Below, one piece after another: positions 27,379-36,842 of a DNA stretch of 64,000 nucleotides (its first letter is position 1; every line of letters starts with the position of its first letter). This DNA is from Chitinophagaceae bacterium (GTDB lineage: Bacteria > Bacteroidota > Bacteroidia > Chitinophagales > Chitinophagaceae). The stretch covers positions 2,633 through 66,632 of the forward strand of contig JAEUVK010000083.1 in the NCBI GenBank assembly GCA_016787135.1, in the 5' to 3' direction. Both the position numbers and the translations under genes were made by a program. The notes beneath the pieces were generated by a model, which was given only the letters and a program-made list of their open reading frames with translations, had not been told where the DNA came from and did not search any database.

Positions 27379-30300
27379 TCAATCGGACTCCATTTCTCTG
27401 CGTCTTGCAGAATAACTTGTTTCATTTTCTTTTCGCATAAAAACTAAAGGGTTGGGTGCCGTCCATGTAAATTCATATACACGATTAACAGAACCGCGAT
27501 CTGTGCTGTATAGTCGTATCAACCCATCATTGCGGCCCCTCCCGTAATGCAATCCATACATATAATCGCTTCCTCCTCCCATATTATAGGTATCCCATCC
27601 TGATCCATTCCACGAATATTCCAACACCTTTCCATTACCGTTATCAGTATATAACCTGTTAATTCCGTCATTACGGCCGGGAATCACATAGGCATGTACG
27701 TTCTGAATACCCGTATTTGGCAGGTTCACAAATGTCCAGGCTGATCCGTTCCAGGTGAACTCCCGCATGGTACCGTCATAGATAGCGGCATATACACGTG
27801 TAATACCATCATTCCTTCCTTCTCCAAGTCCTATACCACGGGAGTCGCCTGAATCGCCCATAGAATTGATGACCCATGAAGTTCCGTTCCAATACACCTC
27901 AAAATCTCCGGAGGAAATAGAAGAAATATATATATAGTTCTTACCATCATTGCGGCCTTTTCCTAATGCCACACCGTGTGCACCGGGTGTGCTGCCAATC
28001 AGCAGTTTTGTCCAACTGGTGCCATTCCAGGTAAATTCAAAAAGTTGTTGCGTACTGGCAGCATACAATCTTGTCACCCCATCATTGCGTCCGTCGCCCA
28101 TTGCCATGTGCATACCAAGATTATTATTCAGCCCCCCTACCGTCAGTTGATGCCAGCCAGTAGCGTCATTCCATATCTCGTATATATTATAATCATAACT
28201 GGCGGCATATAGCCGGTCTTTCCCGTCGCCTCTTCCATCTCCTATGTTACAGTCGTGTATTTCTGTTCCCGCAGGAGATCCACCTACATCAACCGGGCCT
28301 GTCCAGGCTGTTCCGCTCCATGAATATTCCAGCATACGCCCCGTTCCGATAGTGCCAACATATATCCGCTCCAGCCCATCCGGTTTCAGCGCTCCGACAC
28401 GTATCGTGTTATTCTGTGTATTGGTAGAGCCTATTGTGGAGATAGTCCAAACTGCTGGGGTAGAGAAGACGATCAGCGTAACAGGAATGGTTCTGATCAT
28501 TGAACCACTTATGCCCTGTACTGTGAGGTTATAGGTTCCTGCTGCAGCGGATGAGGTCACGTTCAGTGTAAGCGTTGATGTGGCAACAGGTATCGGCGAT
28601 GCCGGGTTAAATGATGCTGTTATTCCGGCTGGCAAACCAAGAACAGACAACGTAACAGGATTTACATAATCATTAGTTTCATTCACGTTGATGGTAAACG
28701 TTGTACTGTTCCCAATAGAAACATTTGAGATTGATGGAGCGGCAGTTAAATTAAAGTCAGCCGCGGCCGTAACATTAAGAGTTCCCTGCTGTGTATGTGT
28801 AATTCCATCAAATGAAGTAGCCGTAAGTGTTATCGGATACGTACCCAGTGGTGCTCCGGATGTATTTAAGATCAACTGTGTTTCTCCCTGATGTGACATT
28901 GGGTTGAACAGAAAATGGCTGGTAGTGCCTGAAGGAAGACCCGTAACCGCCAAATTAATCCCACCCGTCGTATACCCATTCAAATAGCTTACATATATTC
29001 TATAATCTATCGTTCCGGTAACCTCCACATTTCTTACTGGTGTTAATAGTGTAAATAAAAAGTCTGGGGCAACATTGACAGTTACGCCATTGGAAGTGGT
29101 CACATTGCCTGCAGCATCTCTTGCCCTGGCTGTTAAAACATGAGACCCGTTGATCGTTGTCTGAGTATTCCATGAAATAGTATAAGGCGGGGTGACATCT
29201 TCTGCATCGAGATTAACACCATCCAGCATAAATTGCACACCGGCAACGGCAAAATTATCTGCAGCATTGGCGGTAACATTCACAGTACCCGAAACATTGC
29301 CACCGGTCGGAGAAGTAATTGAAACGGTCGGGGAAATATTATCTATTCCCACCGGCGTATTCATGTCTGTTATTATCTCTGCCGGGGTAAGAAGCCTGTT
29401 ATAATACCTTACTTCATCTATTGTACCATTAAGATATTCACCATAGGGCTGGTTCGAGCCAATGCGGATATTGGTGGGGTTGATCGATGTTATTGTTCCC
29501 GTTGAACCAATGGCACTGCGATTAGTAACGTCTGCTCCATTCACATAGATCGTAAACCTGTTGGCCTGTGCCTGGCTGCCGTCATACGTAATTGTTACAT
29601 GACTCCATTGTCCGGCTGTTAAAACATTATTATTACTATGAAGCGCCAGCTTACTGGTTCCAGACGACCAATAAGCAGAGATACCATTTGTAACCGGGCC
29701 ACCGCCGCCATCAACGCTGCTTGTTGTGTGTGCATAGAAATAGAGGAAGTTGGAAGTGCTGATGGTTTGGCTCCAGATGGTGCTGAACTCATTAAAGTTA
29801 TTGTTCTTTACCCAGGCACTCCATGTATAACTTTGAGCCGGGTCCAGGGTAAAGTTGTTATGATCCGCTATGTTGATATAGCTGTTGGTGCCATTAAAAC
29901 TTAGTCCCTGTCCGTATTTACCTGTGGTCCAGCCCGGACTGTTCGTAAGGGTTCCCGTGTGATTATTTCCGGATATATCAGCTGCTGTTGTTCCCGTTCC
30001 TTCATTGAAATTGAACCCGGCAATAAGATTAGTGGTGTTGCTTACATTAACGATAACTGAAGTTGACGTGGTATTATTACCAGCAGCATCGCGGGCTCTG
30101 GCTGATAAATTGTAGGTCCCGTTGGCTACTGTTGCAGTATTCCACGAAAAAGAATAGGGTGAACTCAGGTCTTCCCCGCCAATTAATGATCCATTCAATA
30201 AAAACTGTACCCCCACCACTCCGATATTGTCGCTTGCAGTAGCTGTAACATTAATTGTACCCGTTACCGTTCCTCCTGTCGGCGATGTGATATTTACAGC

Positions 30301-33300
30301 CGGAGCTTCTATATCGTTGTTTACGGTATAGATTATACCAGCCGAAACGGTAACATTGCCGGCCGCATCACGGGCCCGGGCCGAAACAGTATGAGGGCCA
30401 TTCAACACTCCTGTTGTATTCCAGGAAAGACTATACGGGAAAGACAGATCCTCTGCGCCCAAATTATTTCCGTCCAGTAAGAACTGAACACCAACGATGC
30501 CAATATTATCATTAGCGCTGGCAACCAGGTTTACTGAGCCCGCAATTGTTCCGGCGGCTGGTTCAATTATACTTACAGTCGGATCTTCGCTATCCGGAAG
30601 GTTGTTAACAGTAACACTTATCGTTGATGATGTTGTTATATTGCCTGCCGCATCTCTTGCTTTCGCAGTTATTGTATAATCACCATTTGCAACAGACAAT
30701 GTGTTCCAGGTTAAAGAATAGGGCGCAGACAGGTCCTCTGCCCCTAGACTTACTCCGTTTACTAAAAACTGTACTCCAACTACACCGGTATTATCATTAG
30801 CATCGGCAGCGATATTTACGTTGCCCGCCACCTCGCCGGACGAGGGTGCGGTAATAGTAATTGTCGGAAACTCAGTATCCGGCGGGTTGTTAAGTGTATT
30901 AACTACTATTGATGATGAAGTAGTGGTATTGCCGGCAGCATCTCTTGCCCTTGCTGTCAATGTATAACTGCCATCTGTTACCGTTGTTGTATTCCATGAT
31001 ATCATATACGGAGCAGATACATCCTCCGCGCCGAGGTTAACACCATTTAGCAGGAACTGGACACCGCTTACTCCGGTATTATCTCCTGCATTTGCTGTAA
31101 TATCTACCGTTCCGACTACTGTTCCGGCCAGGGGTGCTGTTATAGATACTGTTGGGGCCTCTGTATCATTATTGACAGTAACAATTACTCCCGGAGAGAT
31201 TGCATTGTTGCCGGCTGCGTCTCTTGCTCGGGCTGTCAGCGTATGCGTCCCATTAGTAATTGTAGTTGTATTCCATAATACAGAATAAGGCGCCAATACA
31301 TCTTCTGCTCCAAGATTTACCCCATCCAAAAGGAACTGAACGCCTGCCACGCCAATATTATCGCTTGCAGTAGCCGCAATACTAACTGTTCCGTTTATGT
31401 TTCCTGCAGCAGGTGATGTAATACTCACCGTAGGATTGGTTACATCCGGTGCAACAGGAGTATTCATATCGGTTTGAATTTCTGCCTGGCTTAATGCCCT
31501 GTTATAGATTCTCACTTCGTCAATCAGGCCGGCAAAATATTGACCGGTAAGAGCTGTGGTACCTCCAATTCGCAATGGATTTGTCGTCACTGTAACGTTC
31601 CCTGTTGTGGCGGTTGACGATACCTGTATTCCATTTACATACAACCTGAGCGTAGAGCCGTCATAGGTGCTGGCAATATGCGTCCATGTGTTAAGCGCAA
31701 GTTTTGTGGTTCCTGTTACGCTGACATTGCTGCTGCCGATACGCAATCGGCTGCTTGGTCGCTGGTTGTTGACATTGCTGGAATTATTATTGGCCGCAAG
31801 GGTGTAAGTAAAATTGCTGGTGGTCCTGTCTTTACAAATGACAGTCTTAAATCCCGTCAGGTTTGACGGATTGACCCATGCTTCCATTGTCATTCCGTTC
31901 GTCAGGTCAAGCGAGTTGGCATCATTGACATTTATATAATCATTTGTCCCGTCGAATACTATGGCCGATCCATATTTTCCCGAAGCAGACCACGCCGGTC
32001 CGTTCGTCAATGTTCCGGTATTATTATTACCGGAATTATCATTAGCGGTTATTCCGGTATTCTCATTAAACCCATATGCCGCAACAAGATTAGTATTGGA
32101 TACCGTTACATTTACGGCTGCAGATACAGTTGTATTCCCGGCCGCATCCCTTGCCCTGGCGGTTAACACATGATTGCCGTTAGTTGTTCCGGTCGTTATC
32201 CATGATGTTGAATAGGGCGTTGTCATGTCTTCAACACCAAGATTCACTCCGTCAAGCAAAAATTGTACTCCAATTACCCCGGTATTATCCGAGGCATTTG
32301 CATTTATATTAATAGTACCGGATACGCTTCCGCCGGTCGGAGTGGTAATGTTTACCAATGGTGATTCATTATCCGGCGGATTGTTTTGAACGGTAATATT
32401 TATTGCAGCAGATACAGTCGAATTACCCGCAGCATCGCGGGCCCTTGCCGTAAGGACGTGATTACCATCTGTGATCGTTGCAGTGTTCCATGATGTAATA
32501 TATGGCGCCGATAGGTCCTCTGTTCCAAGATTAGCACCGTCCAATAAAAACTGTACTCCTGCTATACTAATGTTATCTCCTGCATTTGCACTTACATTTA
32601 TTGTTCCTGAAACAATCCCTCCGGATGGCTCTGTGATACTGACTGTTGGAGCCTGCGTATCATTGTTGACGGTAATACTTACCGGGGCAGAGGTGGTCGT
32701 GTTACCCGCAGCATCTCTGGCGATCGCTGTCAGGTTATGTGCGCCATTTGACGCTGTTAAAGTGTTCCATGATATTGAATAGGGCGAAGAGGCGTCTTCC
32801 GCTCCAAGATTTACCCCATCTAATTGAAACTGAACTCCCGCAACTCCGATGTTATCCCCAGCATTTGCATTTACACTGATAGTGCCCGACACATTTCCTG
32901 CAGCAGGTGAAGAAATATTTACCGTTGGCGCTTCATTGTCGGGCGTATTACCAATGTTCATGTCGCTTTGAATTTCCGCAACCGACAGCAGTCTCCTGTA
33001 ATATCTTACTTCATCTATGGAGCCATTCAGGTATTCACCATATGGCTGGTTGGAAGCAATGCGTATGTTAGTAGGATCTATTGCAGTAATTGTACCGGAA
33101 GAAACAACGTCGGTTCTGTTTGTCACATCTGTGCCGTTCACATAGATGGTAAACCGGCTGGCTTGTGCCTGCGCTGCATCATAGGTCACCGTTACATAAC
33201 TCCAGTTCCCAGTGGTTAATACATTATTGTTGCTGTGAAGTACCAGCTTATTGCTGCCACTGTACCAGTAAACCGAAACCCCGTTGGTAACGGGCCCTGC

Positions 33301-33756
33301 TTCTGCATCACTTGTTGTGTGGGCATAGAAATAAAAGAAGTTTGAAGCATTAAGCGTCTGACTAAAAACCGTACCCCATTGATTGAAGTTGTTGTTTCTA
33401 ACCCATGCGCTCCAGCTATAACTTACCGTAGGTGTAAGTGTAAAGTTCGCATGATCGGCAATGTTCACGTAGTCGTTGGTTCCGTCAAAGTTGATCGCCT
33501 GCCCATATTTACCGGCGCCCCATGTTGGGCCATTAAGGAGTGTGCCGTTATGCGCATTACCTGAGGCGTCGGCAGTTGTCGTCCCCGTTCCTTCATTGAA
33601 CCGCAACTCAGCCACTACACCGGGCGCAGGAAATCCTGTCTCGTTCACTCCATGAAAACTCAGGGAAAAAAACGAAAGAACAACAAAGATTTTTACAAAA
33701 TGCTTAAACGCTCTGGTTTGCTCCGGGCTGGTTCCGGCAATGGTTTTTGATAGCAT
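27379..33756 (-). CDS. Giant secreted surface protein: 3 LamG-like modules, 9 Big_7-like Ig repeats, 2 further Ig-like domains, C-terminal 7-bladed propeller
   Basis: 2125 aa with a hydrophobic N-terminal signal. LamG-like modules are marked by NFDGTNDYVNI...IDEVRYY. The Ig units of about 96 aa are marked by GVQFLLDGVNLGAED..PYS.SWNT...G.H.LTARARDAAGN. The propeller repeats carry G.GRNDG..RLY...EF.WNG..W. Confidence 0.85.
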   Translation of the reverse strand: MLSKTIAGTSPEQTRAFKHFVKIFVVLSFFSLSFHGVNETGFPAPGVVAELRFNEGTGTTTADASGNAHNGTLLNGPTWGAGKYGQAINFDGTNDYVNIADHANFTLTPTVSYSWSAWVRNNNFNQWGTVFSQTLNASNFFYFYAHTTSDAEAGPVTNGVSVYWYSGSNKLVLHSNNNVLTTGNWSYVTVTYDAAQAQASRFTIYVNGTDVTNRTDVVSSGTITAIDPTNIRIASNQPYGEYLNGSIDEVRYYRRLLSVAEIQSDMNIGNTPDNEAPTVNISSPAAGNVSGTISVNANAGDNIGVAGVQFQLDGVNLGAEDASSPYSISWNTLTASNGAHNLTAIARDAAGNTTTSAPVSITVNNDTQAPTVSITEPSGGIVSGTINVSANAGDNISIAGVQFLLDGANLGTEDLSAPYITSWNTATITDGNHVLTARARDAAGNSTVSAAINITVQNNPPDNESPLVNITTPTGGSVSGTININANASDNTGVIGVQFLLDGVNLGVEDMTTPYSTSWITTGTTNGNHVLTARARDAAGNTTVSAAVNVTVSNTNLVAAYGFNENTGITANDNSGNNNTGTLTNGPAWSASGKYGSAIVFDGTNDYINVNDANSLDLTNGMTMEAWVNPSNLTGFKTVICKDRTTSNFTYTLAANNNSSNVNNQRPSSRLRIGSSNVSVTGTTKLALNTWTHIASTYDGSTLRLYVNGIQVSSTATTGNVTVTTNPLRIGGTTALTGQYFAGLIDEVRIYNRALSQAEIQTDMNTPVAPDVTNPTVSITSPAAGNINGTVSIAATASDNIGVAGVQFLLDGVNLGAEDVLAPYSVLWNTTTITNGTHTLTARARDAAGNNAISPGVIVTVNNDTEAPTVSITAPLAGTVVGTVDITANAGDNTGVSGVQFLLNGVNLGAEDVSAPYMISWNTTTVTDGSYTLTARARDAAGNTTTSSSIVVNTLNNPPDTEFPTITITAPSSGEVAGNVNIAADANDNTGVVGVQFLVNGVSLGAEDLSAPYSLTWNTLSVANGDYTITAKARDAAGNITTSSTISVTVNNLPDSEDPTVSIIEPAAGTIAGSVNLVASANDNIGIVGVQFLLDGNNLGAEDLSFPYSLSWNTTGVLNGPHTVSARARDAAGNVTVSAGIIYTVNNDIEAPAVNITSPTGGTVTGTINVTATASDNIGVVGVQFLLNGSLIGGEDLSSPYSFSWNTATVANGTYNLSARARDAAGNNTTSTSVIVNVSNTTNLIAGFNFNEGTGTTAADISGNNHTGTLTNSPGWTTGKYGQGLSFNGTNSYINIADHNNFTLDPAQSYTWSAWVKNNNFNEFSTIWSQTISTSNFLYFYAHTTSSVDGGGGPVTNGISAYWSSGTSKLALHSNNNVLTAGQWSHVTITYDGSQAQANRFTIYVNGADVTNRSAIGSTGTITSINPTNIRIGSNQPYGEYLNGTIDEVRYYNRLLTPAEIITDMNTPVGIDNISPTVSITSPTGGNVSGTVNVTANAADNFAVAGVQFMLDGVNLDAEDVTPPYTISWNTQTTINGSHVLTARARDAAGNVTTSNGVTVNVAPDFLFTLLTPVRNVEVTGTIDYRIYVSYLNGYTTGGINLAVTGLPSGTTSHFLFNPMSHQGETQLILNTSGAPLGTYPITLTATSFDGITHTQQGTLNVTAAADFNLTAAPSISNVSIGNSTTFTINVNETNDYVNPVTLSVLGLPAGITASFNPASPIPVATSTLTLNVTSSAAAGTYNLTVQGISGSMIRTIPVTLIVFSTPAVWTISTIGSTNTQNNTIRVGALKPDGLERIYVGTIGTGRMLEYSWSGTAWTGPVDVGGSPAGTEIHDCNIGDGRGDGKDRLYAASYDYNIYEIWNDATGWHQLTVGGLNNNLGMHMAMGDGRNDGVTRLYAASTQQLFEFTWNGTSWTKLLIGSTPGAHGVALGKGRNDGKNYIYISSISSGDFEVYWNGTSWVINSMGDSGDSRGIGLGEGRNDGITRVYAAIYDGTMREFTWNGSAWTFVNLPNTGIQNVHAYVIPGRNDGINRLYTDNGNGKVLEYSWNGSGWDTYNMGGGSDYMYGLHYGRGRNDGLIRLYSTDRGSVNRVYEFTWTAPNPLVFMRKENETSYSARRREMESD
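29065..32945 (-). repeat. Diverged intragenic tandem repeats (about 288-bp Ig-unit period, interrupted by LamG modules)
   Basis: Recurrent DNA cores are visible on the plus strand, for example GCNGCATCNCNNGCCC (the reverse complement of the ARDAAGN codons) at about 29111, 30071, 30361, 30641, 30931, 31211, 32141, 32431 and 32711. Confidence 0.8.
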
Positions 33757-33990
33757 ATATAAGTTCTTTATGATTCCTCAATGGTAGGATAGCACATAAG
33801 GTACCCATATATGTATCTTTCAAAACAGGATGTTGATTGGGAAAATTTCTTAGGGGAGAGAATCGGCAAAGTCTAAAATACGCCCTAATTTATACCTCTG
33901 TGTCCTTATTTAGCCACAAGAAATTGACATTTGGCTGTGGATAGGCAAAAAGTATAAGGGAATTCTAAAAATTTTTGTCATTTATCAAAC

Positions 33991-34018
33991 AAAAAGCCCT
34001 TCATTCGAAGGGCTTTTT
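33991..34018. terminator. Bidirectional hairpin terminator downstream of tRNA-Phe
   Basis: AAAAAGCCCTTC-ATTC-GAAGGGCTTTTT. Confidence 0.8.
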
Positions 34019-34023
34019 GTTTG

Positions 34024-34096
34024 TGGTGTGGGGCGGGATCGAACCGCCGACACAAGGATTTTCAGTCCTTTGCTCTACCGACTGAGCTACCGCACC
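34024..34096 (-). tRNA. tRNA-Phe (GAA)
   Basis: The reverse complement is GGTGCGGTAGCTCAGTCGGTAGAGCAAAGGACTGAAAATCCTTGTGTCGGCGGTTCGATCCCGCCCCACACCA. It folds as a cloverleaf with anticodon loop CTGAAAA, T loop TTCGATC and an encoded CCA. Confidence 0.95.
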
Positions 34097-34218
34097 AATT
34101 TTATCAAAACTCCTGATACTAAATCCTGCATTCCAATCGGGTTGCAAATATAGAGGGAATTTTGCTTAAAACCAGAACACAGCATGCTACTTCCCGGGAT
34201 TTTGGATTTTTTTCTTCG

Positions 34219-36501
34219 CTACATACCGTATTCGCTCAAAAACTTGATACGCATGATCTTAAGTTGTTCCCAATTGAAGTTGTGCTCTGCCAGTTCTTCC
34301 TGGGCTACTTGTAGCGACGACGTGTCGCATCCTTTGAAATACTCGATGATCTCTTCCTGTTCATATTCATCGAGCATTTCATCTATTGCATAATCAAGAT
34401 TAAGTTTAGTGCCACTGGCGGCTATAGTTTCCATTTCTTCCAGCATTTCGTCCATTCGCCAGCCTTTGTTCTTTGCGATGGTTTCTAATGAAACTTTTTT
34501 ATCAGTATTCTGAATGATATATACCTTGTTCCCGCTCTTGTTCACAACGCTTTTCATCACAAAATCATCCGGCTTTTCAATATTGTTCTCTTGCACATAC
34601 CTAGCAATAAGATCAATAAATGGCTTGCCGTACCGTAACGCCTTTCCCTTGCTGATGCCCTGGCATTTTTCAAGATCGGTCATGCTGGTAGGATATAGTG
34701 TGGCCATATCCTGTAATGAAGTTTCCAGAAAAATAACAAACGGCGGCAGGTTCTTCTTTTTTGCTTCTTTCTGCCGGATCTCTTTCAGCATTTCAAAAAG
34801 CTTTTCGTCTGCTGCTGCGCCTCCTGTTGCTTCTGCCCCTTCTTCATCATCTGCATTAGCTTCTTCAAAAAGATTATTCAAAACAATCCTGAACGTTCTG
34901 GGTTTCCTGAGAAAAGTCTCTCCTGTCTTTGTAATCTTCAATACGCCGTATTCTTCAATATCTTTTTTCAGCAGCCCTTCCAGCAGCATCTGGCGTATCA
35001 GAGAGTTCCAGAAATAGTTCTCTTTGTTATTCCCGCTGGCAAACACATCAATCCCCTCATGCCGGAACATTTGTATCTGCGGAGTTAATTTCCCGGTGAT
35101 AATATTCACCACATAATCCGTAGCAAACCTTTCATCCAGTGCTCTTATTGCCTTCAACGCTACCACCGCTTCTTCCTTCGCTTCGATCCTCTCTTTCGGA
35201 TGCTTACAGTTGTCGCAACTACCGCAATTTTCTTTTTCATACTCTTCCCCGAAATAACTCAGTATTACTTTGCGGCGGCAAACACCACTTTCTGCATACG
35301 CCACAGTTTCATTGATAAGCTGCGCCCCTACTTCTCTTTCACTTAAAGGTTTGTCCCGCATCAGGTGTTCCAGTTTGCTCACATCCTTATGCGAATAATA
35401 AAGTATGCATTTGCCTTCCAGCCCATCCCGTCCGGCCCGACCGGTTTCCTGATAATAGTTCTCGATAGACTTGGGAATATTATAATGAATAACGAACCGG
35501 ATATCCGGCTTATCAATCCCCATTCCGAATGCAATGGTAGCGCAGATCACCTGTACATCTTCATTTAAAAACTGGTCCTGTCTTTCCGATCTTAGTTTGC
35601 TGTCAAGGCCTGCATGATAAGCAACCGCCTTGATGCCATTGGCCATCAATATATCCGCCAGTTCTTCTGTTGTCCTGCGGTTCAGCGTATAAATAATACC
35701 GCTTTTTGTTTTCATTCCCTTGATGAAGCGGACGATATTCTCATCTGTCTGGTTCTTTTTGATCTTGGGTAATATCTCGTAATAAAGGTTGGGTCTGTTG
35801 AAAGAAGAGATATACACTTTCGGATCACGGAGGTCCAGGTTTTTGATAATATCGCTTTGTACTTTCGGGGTGGCAGTAGCTGTAAGGGCAATGACCGGAA
35901 TGTCAGGGTTTATCTGTATCATCATTTCCCGCAGTCTCCTGTATTCCGGACGAAAATCGTGTCCCCACTCAGAAATACAGTGTGCTTCATCAACTGCAAA
36001 GAATGATATTTTGAGGTCTGAAAAGAATTCCAGATTCTCCTGCTTGGTTAATGTCTCCGGCGCTACATAAAGCATTTTTGTCTTTCCTGTCAGCAGATCA
36101 TCATGTACCTCTTTAATCTCCTTTTTGGTCAGGGTAGAATTGAGAAAATGCGCCACCTCATCATTGCTGCTGTAACCGCGGACCAGGTCCACCTGGTTTT
36201 TCATCAAAGCGATCAGGGGCGACACAATAATCGCAACTCCCTGGCTTACCATGGCGGGCAACTGGTAGCATAAGCTTTTGCCGCCGCCGGTTGGCATGAT
36301 CACGAATGTATCATATCCGGCCAGCAACGATTCAATGATCTTTTCCTGGTTGTCTTTAAATTTATTGAACCCAAAATGTTCCTGGAGTGAGGCGTGAAGA
36401 TCGAATCGTCCGGCTCCATTGGAAAGTACTTTTTGCTTTGTTGATTTCGGCGCTGCAGCTTTTTTGCTTCCGCCTCCCGGTTTCTTTGCGGTTGTTCCCA
36501 T
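34219..36501 (-). CDS. recQ: ATP-dependent DNA helicase RecQ
   Basis: 760 aa. Motifs are MPTGGGKSLCYQLP, DEAHCISEWGHDFRP and the Zn-binding CRR...CGSCDNC. An HRDC region is present. The N-terminus has a Lys/Ala/Gly-rich extension. Confidence 0.95.
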   Translation of the reverse strand: MGTTAKKPGGGSKKAAAPKSTKQKVLSNGAGRFDLHASLQEHFGFNKFKDNQEKIIESLLAGYDTFVIMPTGGGKSLCYQLPAMVSQGVAIIVSPLIALMKNQVDLVRGYSSNDEVAHFLNSTLTKKEIKEVHDDLLTGKTKMLYVAPETLTKQENLEFFSDLKISFFAVDEAHCISEWGHDFRPEYRRLREMMIQINPDIPVIALTATATPKVQSDIIKNLDLRDPKVYISSFNRPNLYYEILPKIKKNQTDENIVRFIKGMKTKSGIIYTLNRRTTEELADILMANGIKAVAYHAGLDSKLRSERQDQFLNEDVQVICATIAFGMGIDKPDIRFVIHYNIPKSIENYYQETGRAGRDGLEGKCILYYSHKDVSKLEHLMRDKPLSEREVGAQLINETVAYAESGVCRRKVILSYFGEEYEKENCGSCDNCKHPKERIEAKEEAVVALKAIRALDERFATDYVVNIITGKLTPQIQMFRHEGIDVFASGNNKENYFWNSLIRQMLLEGLLKKDIEEYGVLKITKTGETFLRKPRTFRIVLNNLFEEANADDEEGAEATGGAAADEKLFEMLKEIRQKEAKKKNLPPFVIFLETSLQDMATLYPTSMTDLEKCQGISKGKALRYGKPFIDLIARYVQENNIEKPDDFVMKSVVNKSGNKVYIIQNTDKKVSLETIAKNKGWRMDEMLEEMETIAASGTKLNLDYAIDEMLDEYEQEEIIEYFKGCDTSSLQVAQEELAEHNFNWEQLKIMRIKFLSEYGM

Positions 36502-36842
36502 TGCTCAGGTTTTCGTTCCCTCAAAAAATAATATTGAATTCATTTCTTTCATGCATAAGATAATGCTTTTTCCTCCATGTTACCGGCTGATGATCGTCAT
36601 TCTTTCCACAGTGATCCTCCGGAGTTCTCCCGGCACAGATGATAGGAAATAGCGCTTTGACTTACAAACTTGCAGAGTGGGTCGAACGTTAATCAGAATC
36701 TAATCATCGACAGCCTGAACCGGCGCCTGGACAGCGAAAATACAAAATGAAACCCGCTTTAAGAAGCTGTTACGGATAATTAAATGTGTACAGGATGTTA
36801 ATCCGTTCATTTGATTAATTCTTCTAATTTTGCTGCTTGCCG

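Noticed and set aside
29065-32945. Regularly spaced repeats that could superficially suggest a CRISPR-like array.
   Set aside because: The period is about 288 bp, lies entirely within one long ORF, and encodes Ig-like domains. There are no short direct repeats with unique spacers.
27379-34096. Possibility that the giant-protein gene, or the block 22.3-34 kb, is a genomic island integrated at tRNA-Phe.
   Set aside because: I saw no integrase, transposase or conjugation genes. I found no direct repeat of the tRNA-Phe 3' end at the candidate distal boundaries (about 22.1-22.3 kb, 23.78 kb, 26.3-26.9 kb, 27.3 kb). The evidence is insufficient.
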